Below, piece by piece: positions 25,429-37,810 of a stretch of DNA of 64,000 bases. The position numbers and the translations under genes were made by a program. How positions within the stretch are numbered: position 1 is the first letter of the stretch; every line of letters starts with the position of its first letter. Source of the DNA: Eledone cirrhosa (taxonomy: Eukaryota). A model generated the notes under the pieces. It searched no databases, was not told the origin of the DNA, and saw only the letters and a program-made list of their open reading frames with translations. The stretch is from assembly GCA_964016885.1 (NCBI GenBank), contig OZ024750.1, forward strand, positions 24,366,001 through 24,430,000, written 5' to 3'.

Positions 25429-26319
25429 TTGACTGTTGAGAGGAAATTTCTATACATTATTGAGAGGTCGGATTTTTTCAGAAAACTTACAAATCACTTA
25501 GCATAATAAGAAAACATACCGATTATACCTTTAAAAAACCTAAACCTAACCTGACCAGCAAGTTATTTGGCTAAAAGAAACTATTTTCCAATCTTAGTCT
25601 AAATCAAGTCTGAAATCAGTGATAAAAACATCACCAAAACGAAATGATTGACAATGCGCATGCTCTCTCATGTCAAGAGAGGTCACTGCATTTATATATT
25701 TTCCATTACATTATCCTAAACCTAACCCTAATCCAGCATCTAAGAAGTCCAGAAACAAGTAAAGATAATTATTTCCCACCAAAAGCGAGAGGTGAGAAGA
25801 TCTACGAAACTCCGATGGTCTTTTCGCACCCCTTCACCCTACTTTTTCTACAACTCTAGTCGCTTCCGTCTGGTTTGGAGATCATATTTGTTGATAACAC
25901 ACAAGAAAAATCCGTAGGAAAACTCCGGGGAAGGAGGGACCTTCTCCGTTCTCCTGGAAAAAAGTTGATTGCCAGAATCCTGAAGGTTAGATTAGGAAAT
26001 AGCACACACAAAAAAAAAAAATGTTTTCCCACTAAAATCCAGTGAGATGTTCTATAATAAAACCTTATTTTGTGGGGAATAAAATATTATCGCAATGTTT
26101 ACAATTTAAGTTGCAATGGAACTGCATGTGACCAGGTCGCAAACATTGCGACGAAAATTTTGACACCAATAAGTGAATGATAAATATATAGTTATCAGTT
26201 TTGTATGTTTTTAAATGGCTTAAATGAATCTTCTACACAGTAATAGGATTATTAAGAAAGTTGCGAGGAAACTAAGTAGGGCGTTGAATTGGCGGGGGAC
26301 CAAGCTGCAGTTATATCGC

Positions 26320-26850
26320 CTGGTAAACCTACATATATGTGTGAACAACATGACAGGACTGGGTGTCACTATCATTCAAGCAGCCCAGAAACCTCTTATG
26401 AGATGTAACCTTAAATAAAGCTAGCTAAACCTACATAGGTGTGATCTACAACAATATGAAAGGACTAGGCGCCTCTATCATTCAAGCAGCCCAGAAACCT
26501 CTTATGAGATGTAACCTTAAATAAAGCTAGCTAAACCTACATAGGTGTGATCTACAACAATATGAAAGGACTAGGCGCCTCTATCATTCAAGCAGCCCAG
26601 AAACCTCTTATGAGATGTAACCTTAAATAAAGCTAGCTAAACCTACATATGTATGATCTACAACAATATGAAAGGACTGGGCGCCTCTATCATTGAAGCA
26701 GTCGAGAAACCTTTTATGAGACGTAACCTTATATAAAGCCAACTAAACTTACATATGTATGATGCTACAACATGATAGGACTATCATTGAAGCAGTCGAG
26801 AAACATCCTAGGAGATGTAACCTGCTAAACTTAGTCATGTATGCTACAAC
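26320..26850. repeat. ~105-bp satellite, diverged inverted relative of 43322-45600
   Basis: About 5 units containing agaaacctcttatgagatgtaacctt, the reverse complement of aaggtttgcatctcataggaggtttct with mismatches. Confidence 0.85.
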
Positions 26851-27386
26851 AATAATATTAATAAACAACTAAAAAGTGACTAAAATATTGTATTTACAAA
26901 GCAATTCACCTACCTTTATTTATCTTTTAAAAACTGCACATAGCTCATTAAACATTTGATTGTCTTTAAAATAATATCACTTTCCAAGGTACAATCAAAG
27001 GTGTTGAAAGTTAAAACAATAATAACACGCAAAAGGTTGCGTGTTTTTTTTTTTTTACATAGTAAGAAGTAGACGGTCGACTATGTAACTGGATGGGAGG
27101 CTAAAATGACATCATTTAGTGGTGACAGATGGCAGTGTTTAAACTGACACACACATATATAGATTTCAAGATCAATAGCGCATTGACGTCACAGAATATC
27201 GTACGTATGTATGTGTGTGTACATGCACATATAAATGCATGTATGTATGTGTATATATACATATACATGTGCGCGTGTGTGTGTGTGTACTATAAATGAG
27301 AGTGTATGTGTGTATGTCACCCAAAGGCTCTGAAATAGAGAAAAACTTCAAGATCGCCAATATTGAACACGACGAGAGAGCCTATA

Positions 27387-27456
<70 letters not shown>

Positions 27457-27472
27457 TATAGGCTCTCTCGTC

Positions 27473-27550
<78 letters not shown>

Positions 27551-27969
27551 TGGAAATAACACGTGACAACTAAATGTTCGAATTCGCTGCTGTTAGCGGC
27601 ACCATTCAGTGTTTCGCCCCGTTCTTTGGTAGAACGAAATTCCTGTTGATAAAATGAATCCTCTATTCGATCATGAATACCACGAGCTTGCCAGTTACGT
27701 AAGTCTGATATTTGATTTCGGATTCATAGAAACACTTTAAACGTATAATGTTTGATTTGTCCAGGTGTATTTTTTCAACCTGTTAGTTCTGTCGTTACTT
27801 TGGTATATTGTGTGTTAGATTTTGCCTACCACAATGTTCAATTTGTCAAGCTATTTAAACGTATGTTATTACTCTGAGGACCTACCTTGTCGAGTGCTTT
27901 GTTAACTCCTTCATATCATAGGTCGAATTTGCTAGCACACCACCAAAGATTCGATTTTACTAAGCCTCC

Positions 27970-28035
<66 letters not shown>

Positions 28036-28223
28036 ATAATAATAAATTTGAAGACTAAAATCCAAAGAGAGCTCGATAAGGATAAATATATATCAAATAT
28101 ATAAGAACCGTAGAGCAAATATTTATTAAAATAACAGATTAAAGTTTAAGCAAAGAATCGCTGCTTTCACCCTTAACAGGATCTTCTGAAACAGCGATTC
28201 TTTGGTTAAACTTTAATCTGTTA

Positions 28224-28260
<37 letters not shown>

Positions 28261-28388
28261 TATTGAAAAAGTGGAGAATAACAAAAAAAAAAAAGAGTTG
28301 TCTAAAAACGTACGCCGTACGCTAAAACTATCCATGATAAGAAGTATTCACAACCTCTAATTGGATTACCTATAACGATCTCTTGTTA

Positions 28389-28526
<138 letters not shown>

Positions 28527-28658
28527 GTAGGAGGTGAGTTTTATTGTAGTACAATAAAGCAATGCAGATATCACACATCAATCTAAAACTACTTCTCATA
28601 TGTTGATTTAAAACTGAACTATCCACAAGTGTTTTTTAACCTTCATATCATGTCCTCC

Positions 28659-28729
28659 TGTTTTATCTGATGAAAACACAAATATTATTGCATGATGATA
28701 TTTGTTTTTGAAATGCGCATAATAAAATA
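28659..28729 (+). ncRNA. Minimal type I hammerhead ribozyme (Penelope-type)
   Basis: Stem I tgttttat/ataaaata; CTGATGA 28667-28673; stem II aaacacaaatattat...atgatatttgttttt; GAAA 28710-28713; palindromic TGCGCA loop III; cleavage triplet AUA ending at 28721. Confidence 0.8.
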
Positions 28730-28819
28730 CATGGAACTCTTTTAACCATCTTTTGTTCTTATATATTATATTTATATATATATATATAACAAAAAGTTAT
28801 CTCTACATGGTTGAATACA

Positions 28820-29280
28820 ATAAATGTAAATCTGAGTTTTTCGAATATTAATAATTGTTTCTACTTTAGGCACAAGGCCAGCAATTACCCAGTGCATTAC
28901 TGGTACTTTATTTTATCGACCCCGTAAGGATGAAAGGCAAAGTTAACCTCGGCGGGATTTGAACTCAGAATGACAAGGGCCGTAACTCTATGCGTCAAAG
29001 CATGGCGTCCGACCCTCTACCGATACTGCCAATCCACCAATAATAAAATTCGATTCGTTTGCAATTATGCAAACAGCCTCTTTTAAGCCATGTCAGTAGA
29101 ATGTGCCCCTCATTCTTGCTCTTGTGTTGGTATGTAAACAGAATATCGTACGTTCTGTTTACATGTCAACACAAGAGCAAAAATGAGGGGCTCATTCTAC
29201 TGACATGGCTTAAAAGAGACTGTTTGCATAATTGCAAACGAATCGAATATTATTATTAATTTTCGAAAAACTCAGATTAC

Positions 29281-29285
<5 letters not shown>
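28820..29285. repeat. Long palindrome interrupted by a SINE
   Basis: Near-perfect inverted repeat centred at about 29147 (aaacagaa-tatcgtacg-ttctgttt). The left arm resumes at 28822-28852, beyond a SINE (28852-29038); the right arm ends in (TA)n. Confidence 0.85.
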
Positions 29286-29339
<54 letters not shown>

Positions 29340-29995
29340 GATGGACTGGGTCTAAAAATATGTATGTATGATCCCGTAATTCTTTATAGAGTCGTAAGGG
29401 CGCCATATTTGCATTTGGTGTTTCTTGGGCATTTTAAGCCTGGTGAGGCCCATCCCTCTCCAGGCCTGAATACAGTAGATTTCTTCAAGTTATAGGAAGA
29501 ATCGACCCAGTACTTGACTGTTACTTTTTTTTTTATCGACCTCGCAAGGATGAATAGCAAAGTTGACCTTGGCGGAATTTGAACTCAGAGAGTAGAGAGC
29601 CAGAACGAATAGCATAAAGCTTTCTATCCGACGTTCTAACGACTCAGCCAATTCACCGCCTATATATATTCTACTTTACACCCTACCCTCAAGTATAAAT
29701 AAGGGTTCAATCAATAAATGTTTTAAATACTATGGTATATAAACCAACGTTCTTATATATATAGTTTCCAAGAGATGGCAACATAAATGGATCTGTTATT
29801 TTTATCTAAAGACATTTTTTTTCCAATTCCACCCCGCCCGTCCGTCTCTTCAATCTATTTAATTTGTCATTCTGTCTTCTGATAAAGGACTAGCGACCCT
29901 TTTCCTGCTATTTCAAGCGTTAACTTAATATATTTCTTCCATACACTGTACCGATTGTGTTGTTATTTCTGTTTAGCTTTTACATACATCATACT

Positions 29996-30027
<32 letters not shown>

Positions 30028-30284
30028 TATATACACACACACATATATATATATTGTTCTACACCTCTACACTTACTGGAAACTATGCATCGAGTGCTCA
30101 CTCTGATGAACCTACCGTAACTGGACATTACTATCCACATATATAACAAAAAAGGTGTGGTAAGATACCAGGCTGAGCAAAACGCACCAGAGTACTCAAT
30201 ACTTAGGGTAGTAGAGTGGGTAATATGAAAAGAGTCAAGACCCCGACGGCTGAGCTCAGGCCGTTTCGACAGCTAGATATAAGT

Positions 30285-30540
30285 GGGAGAGTCGCGCCGC
30301 TGACTGCGAGATTCCTCTCTTCACTGGCGGCTCGCCTAACAGAGGTAACTGGCGAATCTCGCGAGGGCGCTTGGCTGTTTCAGTGCATCAGCCTCGCCAT
30401 CACCCGAGGCAACGCTGCGAGTGTGCTGGCTTGCCTCAAAAGTCATTAGAGAGGTTGCCCAGTACTCCTTGTGACGTTGCTGTCTTTTGCTCTGGTGTTG
30501 GCTCGGTTGTTCACCCCTTCCTTTACATTTCCTTTAACAT
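30285..30540 (+). mobile_element. CRE-like 3' fragment (second subfamily)
   Basis: RFLSSLAARLTEVTGESREGAWLFQCISLAITRGNAASVL. Confidence 0.78.
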
Positions 30541-30584
30541 TGTAACATTAAAGGAATATATCCTTCTGAAAGAATCGCCAGCAA

Positions 30585-32062
30585 TTTATAATGTTGTAAT
30601 GTTATTTATGTATATATTTATAATGTTGTAATGTTATTTATGTATATATTTATAATGTTGTAATGTTTTTATGTATAATCCCGCCGAGGTTAACTTTGCC
30701 TTTCATCCTTACGGGGTCGATAAAATAAAGTACCAGTAATGCACTGAGAAATGGTAGCCTTGTGCCTAACGTAGAAACAGTTATTTATGTATATATTTAT
30801 AATTTGTAATGTTATTTATGTATATATTTATAATTTGTAATGTTATTTATGTATATATTTATAATGATGTAATGTTATTTATGTAATGTTATTTATGTAT
30901 ATATTTATAATTTGTAATGTTATTTATGTATATATTTATAATGATGTAATGTTATTTATGTAATGTTATTTATGTAATGTTATTTATGTATATATTTATA
31001 ATTTGTAATGTTATTTATGTATATATTTATAATGTTGTAATGTTATTTATGTAATGTTATTTATGTAATGTTATTTATGTATATATTTATAATGTTGTAA
31101 TGTTATTTATGTATATATTTATAATGTTGTAATGTTATTTATGTATATATTTATAATGTTGTAATGTTTTTATGTATAATCCCGCCGAGGTTAACTTTGC
31201 CTTTCATCCTTACGGGGTCGATAAAATAAAGTACCAGTAATGCACTGAGAAATGGTAGCCTTGTGCCTAACGTAGAAACAGTTATTTATGTATATATTTA
31301 TAATTTGTAATGTTATTTATGTATATATTTATAATGATGTAATGTTATTTATGTAATGTTATTTATGTATATATTTATAATTTGTAATGTTATTTATGTA
31401 TATATTTATAATGATGTAATGTTATTTATGTATATATTTATAATGTTGTAATGTTATTTATGTATATATTTATAATGATGTAATGTTATTTATGTAATGT
31501 TATTTATGTAATGTTATTTATGTATATATTTATAATTTGTAATGTTATTTATGTATATATTTATAATGTTGTAATGTTATTTATGTAATGTTATTTATGT
31601 AATGTTATTTATGTATATATTTATAATGTTGTAATGTTATTTATGTATATATTTATAATGTTGTAATGTTATTTATGTATATATTTATAATGTTGTAATG
31701 TTATTTATGTATATATTTATAATGTTGTAATGTTATTTATGTATATATTTATAATGATGTAATGTTATTTATGTAATGTTATTTATGTAATGTTATTTAT
31801 GTATATATTTATAATTTGTAATGTTATTTATGTATATATTTATAATGTTGTAATGTTATTTATGTAATGTTATTTATGTAATGTTATTTATGTATATATT
31901 TATAATGTTGTAATGTTATTTATGTATATATTTATAATGTTGTAATGTTATTTATGTATATATTTATAATGTTGTAATGTTATTTATGTATATATTTATA
32001 ATGTTGTAATGTTATTTATGTATATATTTATAATGTTGTAATGTTATTTATGTATATATTTA
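30585..32062. repeat. AT-rich ~32-bp minisatellite with two embedded SINE fragments
   Basis: ttatttatgtatatatttataatgttgtaatg units; identical SINE fragments at about 30677-30780 and 31178-31281. Confidence 0.95.
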
Positions 32063-32496
32063 AAACATACTTGTTATGTTATTCTACTGTAAATTTACTT
32101 ATATGCTTTGTATATTTCATATGTGTTCATATTTTCACTCCTATTTGTAACGTTATTTAATAAAATTTGATTATTTATCCGATATAAGTGTGTTAATGGT
32201 TATTTCTATTTACTTCAGTTATGGTATTCCATAAACTGTACCGAACTCTGGTCTTCTAATTTCAACACTTCCAACGTAAATATGAATTCCAACCAACCAG
32301 AATAGTTCTACTTCTAGTCTGTAAACCCGACCGTTAAAAATTTCACTAACCTTCACACACATACACACACATGTATGCGCACTGATATACATACACACAT
32401 ATATATATACAAGCAGCCGCAAACATACATACACATCCATAAACACCATCACTACAACCATATTATACACACCCTCAATGCCTGACTGTGGGTGTG

Positions 32497-32545
<49 letters not shown>

Positions 32546-32660
32546 TATATAATATATTTATATATATATATATATATTATATTAGTTATATTATATTATT
32601 TATTTTATATATATTTTATATTATATATATATATATATACATATATATACATATATATAA

Positions 32661-32692
<32 letters not shown>

Positions 32693-32741
32693 AATATATA
32701 TTTAATATTATAAATATATATATATATATATATAAATATAT

Positions 32742-32825
<84 letters not shown>

Positions 32826-32908
32826 ACTGATATAAAGCACTCAACAAATTATTGGAGTAAAAATACAATATATTAACAAATAGAAACTATATTTATAAAA
32901 CCATATTT

Positions 32909-32971
32909 ATTTCATTATACTTATTTCAAGGACACCAAAGCAAATTATGGTGCGCTTTCATCAGATAAAAT
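32909..32971 (-). ncRNA. Minimal type I hammerhead ribozyme (inverted copy)
   Basis: Reverse-complement copy of 33121-33183 in the left arm of the palindrome; loop III is TAAGTA. Confidence 0.7.
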
Positions 32972-33120
32972 ATAATATAGATCAGTTTTATAAACAAACA
33001 TTGACATACCCTTAAAGAATGCGAAAAATTAGTAACCCCACTATCCGGGAGCTTCCAACCGACATGGTCGCATTCTTTAAGGGTATGTCAATATTTGTTT
33101 ATAAAACTGATCTATATTAT

Positions 33121-33183
33121 ATTTTATCTGATGAAAGCGCACCATAATTTGCTTTGGTGTCCTTGAAATATGTATAATGAAAT
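33121..33183 (+). ncRNA. Minimal type I hammerhead ribozyme
   Basis: Stem I attttat/atgaaat; CTGATGA 33128-33134; stem II aagcgcacca/tggtgtcctt; GAAA 33165-33168; TATGTA; triplet AUA ending at 33176. Confidence 0.75.
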
Positions 33184-33240
33184 AAATATGGTCTTATAAA
33201 TATAGTTTCCATTTGTTAATATATATATATATATATATAT

Positions 33241-33430
33241 GAAAATGTTTAACCCCGACGGCAGCGTTCAAGGTGTTTTGACAGCTAATTCTGGGTCCAG
33301 AAATAGCCGTCGAAACGGCTTGAGCTCTGCCGTCGGAGTTAAACTTTTTCATATTACCCACTCTACTACCCTAAGTATTGAGTACTCTGGTGCGTTATAG
33401 TCCATCTGGTTCCTTACCACACCTCCTTCG

Positions 33431-33432
<2 letters not shown>
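33241..33432 (+). mobile_element. Penelope-like terminal fragment with internal hairpin; inverted relative at 30140-30280
   Basis: Hairpin 33241-33350 including GAAAC. The shared sequence attacccactctactaccctaagtattgagtactctggtgcgtt is inverted at about 30181-30225. TA runs flank it. Confidence 0.55.
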
Positions 33433-33491
<59 letters not shown>

Positions 33492-33704
33492 CACACATAT
33501 ATAGTGATATACACCACCTGGCCGCCAAAAATTGGTACAATCTATCTTACAGCATACACCCTCTCAAACACACACTAGGTGGTGTAGTGTGGAGGGTGTA
33601 ACACCAATACCCACCACATAACACCACACCCCACCACACCACACCACACCACATCATGTATTCTCTCACGCCATACATATAAAATCGCCCAATGCCAGAT
33701 GTGC

Positions 33705-34235
33705 GTGTATGTGTAGCTGTATGTATATATGTGTAGCTTTATGTATGTATGTGTATTTGTATGTATGTGTAGCTTTATGTATGTATGTATGTGTAGCTTT
33801 ATGTATGTATGTATGTGTAGCTTTATGTATGTAGGTATGTGTAGCTGTATCTAGGTATGTGTAGCTGTATGTATGTGTAGCTGTATGTATGTATGTGTAG
33901 CTGTATGTATGTATGTGTAGCTGTATGTATGTGTAGCTTTATGTATCTATGTGTAGCTTTATGTATGTATGTGTAGCTTTATGTATGTAGGTATGTGTAG
34001 CTTTATGTATATATGTATGTGTAGCTTTATGTATGTATGTATGTGTAGCTTTATGTATGTAGGTATGTGTAGCTGTATGTATGTGTAGCTGTATGTATGT
34101 ATGTATGTATGTATATATGTGTAGCTTTATGTATGTATGTGTAGCTGTGTGTAGCTGTATGTATGTAGGTATGTGTAGCTGTATGTAGGTATGTGTAGCT
34201 GTATGTGTGTATGTATGTGTAGCTGTATGTATGTA
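33705..34235. repeat. Compound (TATG)n / TGTAGCT minisatellite
   Basis: tgtagctttatgtatg and tgtagctgtatg units. Confidence 0.9.
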
Positions 34236-34789
34236 TTTCACTCAACTTATTTCAATGCCTGATGTGTGTATGTGTAGATGCGGTGGAGTGTGTGTTTTAC
34301 TCACAAGTACTTTCAATACTAGATGCGTGTGTGTGTGTGTGTTTTTTACCCACAAGTTCTTCCAATACCAGATGTTTGTGTGTGCGTCTGTGCGCGCGTG
34401 TGTATGCGTCTGTGTGTGTGTGTGTATGCGCTTGTGCGTGTGTGTGTGTTTCTTCTCATTCTCTTTGCTAACCTTGTAACGTGACCATGAAATTCATGTT
34501 AGTAACACCCTAACCAGGCTTCATTAGTGTGTGTGTGTGTGTGTGTATATGTAAATGGGGTGCGCCTCTGTGTGTGTGTCTGTCTGAGTGTGGTAGGGTG
34601 TGGGTTTGTGTATGTGCCTGTCTGAGTGTAGTGACTGTGTATGTGCGTGTGTATATGCGTGAATGTATGTGTGTATGTAACTTAGGCCTCTCTCTACTCC
34701 ATCTAGTGTGTGTTGTGTTATTTATACAACGTTCAAGTAGACTATAGTTAATTTAAAATACAGTAAATTAGGGTCCATAGTGTAAAAAT

Positions 34790-35125
34790 ACACACCAGGT
34801 CCGAACACAGAGGAGCCGAACTCCCACTGTCATCGCCTCCGTATTTCTCGCCCTCCCTCACTATTATGAGAAAATGGGGTCCCACGCACTGGGCGCCCCA
34901 CGGCCCCGGCGGACAGAATAGAGAAGGCGTTTTCCCGGAGGATGATGAGGGAGATGCGCTGGAAGGGTCATTCCATCTCGTGAGGCTCACACCTGCGGCT
35001 AGCCAGCTCAGTGCCTATCGTGGTGTGTAGGGAAGTAGCCCTAGGGCCAAGGACACCAGAAGTCTCCACTGCTAGGGGCTCGACTGCAAACCTGTCGGAG
35101 AGCGACCGATATTTGGATGTCACCC
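34790..35125 (-). mobile_element. CRE-like 3' fragment
   Basis: Inverted nucleotide copy of 37480-37810. Confidence 0.8.
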
Positions 35126-35202
35126 TTAATATATCCCAGTGACCCTGGCTGGTGTTATGATAGCCACCTCCCCTAAACCCTCACACTCTCTCCCCTTCTT
35201 TT

Positions 35203-35398
35203 TACATAAATACGCTCTCTCTAAACCCCGCTATATTTACATACGCTCTCTCTAAAAAAAAAAAACCCTATATTTACATACATACGCTCTCTCTAAACCC
35301 CCTATATTTACATACTTACGCTCTCTCTAAACCCCCTATATTTACATACGCTCTCTCTATAACTCCCCTATATTTACATACGTTCTCTCTAAACCCAC
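35203..35398. repeat. ~30-bp minisatellite
   Basis: tacgctctctctaaaccccctatatttaca, about 6 copies. Confidence 0.85.
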
Positions 35399-35553
35399 AC
35401 CCTTTCCATATATTTCTAGGTTCCAGACCAAGCAACATGTTGACATTATCAATAGAGACCCTTTTTTTCTAGCTTATCCAAACAACCGACGTGTTCTATA
35501 TATATCTTTATCTACAAAGACATACATACCTACACATATACACATGTATACAC

Positions 35554-35623
<70 letters not shown>

Positions 35624-35819
35624 GTTAGAATATGTGTAATAAGGCCAAGACAATGCAGATATGGACATAGAAAAAAGAATGCAATAGTGAGAGATATTGA
35701 TGAGAATTCGTCTTTCACCTTGAATTTATTTAAATGTCCTTAATTTTCGAGATAATATCCGTTGAAAACAGAAAAGGTCATAGAAGTGAAGAGTGCTCTA
35801 TGTAAGTACCAGAGCAAAA

Positions 35820-35885
<66 letters not shown>

Positions 35886-36313
35886 TGTGTCGTCAAGTAT
35901 GATTTGCAGAAAAAAAAACAAGCTTCTACAAATTACTTGACGACCCAAAATGTGTTAATTTTTCTTGTGTTGAATTGTTTTAGATAAATCTGAAAATGTA
36001 GATTTTTTTTTAACGGAAAATGTAATTAATATGTTGAATAAACTTCAGAGTAGAACAACATACAGTATTGTCCACACATGTGTGCGTGCGTCTGTGTGTG
36101 TGAGCATGTGGGTATATTTATGTGTGAGCATGTGGGTATATTTATGTGTGAGCATGTTTCTGTTTATGTCTGCGACTGTATGTATATTTAGCGTAGCTGT
36201 GTCACATTTAATTCCTATTCTGGCTCCGTGACCTAGAATTAATTCAACAGTACCATTATATATTTGCCGGTTTCATACACAATGGCACTCGTATATATAG
36301 TATATATACATAT

Positions 36314-36720
36314 ACAGTTGTCCCCCGGTATTCGCGGGGGGTTACGGTTCCTAACGTAGCCGCGAAGAGCGAACATCCGCGAATATTGAACGTGGACCAT
36401 GAAAATGCCTATAAACGTCAAAACATAGCGTAAAATAAGGCCAGCAAATACGGTATATTGTTATATTGTACCTATATAAGAAACCATTATTTGGTTGACT
36501 TTGCCTTTCATCCTTACGGGGTCGATAAAATAAAGTACCAGTAATGCACTGGGTTATTGCTGGCCTTGTGCCTAAAGTAGAAACAATTATTAATTTAGTG
36601 TTAAAAGACGTGAATATATTTATTGCCACGAAAAAAAGTAATAAAAAATCGCAGAAGATATTTAAAATTCCGCGAATATGCGGTTGTTTCCACGAACAAT
36701 TATTATTTAGGTTCTGAGGA
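36314..36720 (+). mobile_element. Tigger/pogo-like non-autonomous element with internal SINE fragment
   Basis: TA-CAGTTGTCCCCCGGTATTCGCGGGGGTTACGGTTCC resembles MER2/Tigger termini; repeated CCGCGAATA motifs. Confidence 0.6.
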
Positions 36721-37015
36721 AAGCATGTTATCCGACACTCTACTGATACTGCAAACCCACCGCCCTTGAACTATGTAAAATGATTGTTTCTACTTTAGGC
36801 ACAAGGTCAACAATTTTGGGGTGGGGAAAGTCGATTAAATCAACCCCAGTGCGTGTGACTGGTACTTTATTAAGGACGAAAGGCAAAATTAATCTCGGCG
36901 GGATTTGAACTCAAAGCGTAAAGGACCGTAACTCTACGCCGCAAAGCATACTGACCGGCACTCTACTGATACTGCCAATCCTCCACCCTCAAAAAGGACT
37001 GTGCCAACCTCCGGA

Positions 37016-37049
37016 TGCCGAAACTCGGGATTGAACCTGGGACCTTTAG
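37016..37049 (-). pseudogene. 3' half of tRNA-Phe
   Basis: The minus strand CTAAAGGTCCCAGGTTCAATCCCGAGTTTCGGCA matches the 3' half of metazoan tRNA-Phe(GAA) with 3 differences; a T5 run follows about 20 nt downstream; the 5' half is absent. Confidence 0.8.
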
Positions 37050-37254
37050 TTTAAATCGAATCATTTTATTTTTGTATTTAAATTTACTTATTTCAATTTC
37101 TTTAATATAATCTTGATCCACCTTTTCAAAAACGTATCTCTTCAAAACTTCATTCATGATTTAACATTAAAATATCTAAAAATGGGTTTGTTAATTCAAA
37201 TGTTTATAATGTCATTACCACCGAACAGATCATTGTGAAAGTTTAGGGTATTAG

Positions 37255-37810
37255 TAAAGAGGCCAGAAAGCATGGCTCAGATGCTGCAGGCTTCCCGTCT
37301 CAGTGGGGCTGGCCCAAGAGGATGGCAAAAGGCCAGACGGCATGACCATCTTCCCGTTCTGTGGTGGTAAACCCCTCGTCTGGGATGCCACATGCAGCGA
37401 CACCTTCTCCAGCGGCAACCTGATGGCAGTCTGCGACTAACTCAGGCTCTGCTGCACTTCGGACCGAGGAGAGTAAACTCTCCAAATATCAGTCACTTTC
37501 CGACAGGTTTGCAGTCGAGCCCGTAGCAGTGGAGACTTCTGGTGTCCTTGGCCCTAGGGCCACCTCTCTTCTCACCAACATAGGCGCAGAGCTGGCTAGC
37601 CGCAGGTATGAGCCCCACGAGATGGAATGGCTCTTCCAGCGCATCTCCCTTACCATCCTCCGGGGAAACGCCTTCTCTATTCTGTCCGCCGGGGCCGCTG
37701 GGCGGCCAGCGCGTGGGACCCCATTTTCTCACAATAGTGAGAGGTGGAGAGGGCGGGATAGACGGTGGCGATGACAGTGAGAGATTGGGTCCTCTGTGTT
37801 CGGACCTAGT
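37255..37810 (+). mobile_element. CRE-like non-LTR retrotransposon, restriction-like endonuclease end
   Basis: GKRPDGMTIFPFCGGKPLVWDATCSDTF, KYQSLSDRFAVEPVAVETSGVLG and WLFQRISLTILRGNA. Confidence 0.8.

Larger units (their letters stand above)
32868..33224. mobile_element. Fold-back Penelope-like element remnant in (TA)n
   Basis: Inverted arms of about 157 bp (32868-33024 and 33068-33224) with a 43-nt spacer; each arm carries a hammerhead; TA microsatellite on both sides. Confidence 0.7.

Noticed and set aside
25536-25735. cctaaacctaaccct motifs as interstitial telomere
   Set aside because: Only 2-3 imperfect units; such motifs are common inside DNA-transposon remnants.
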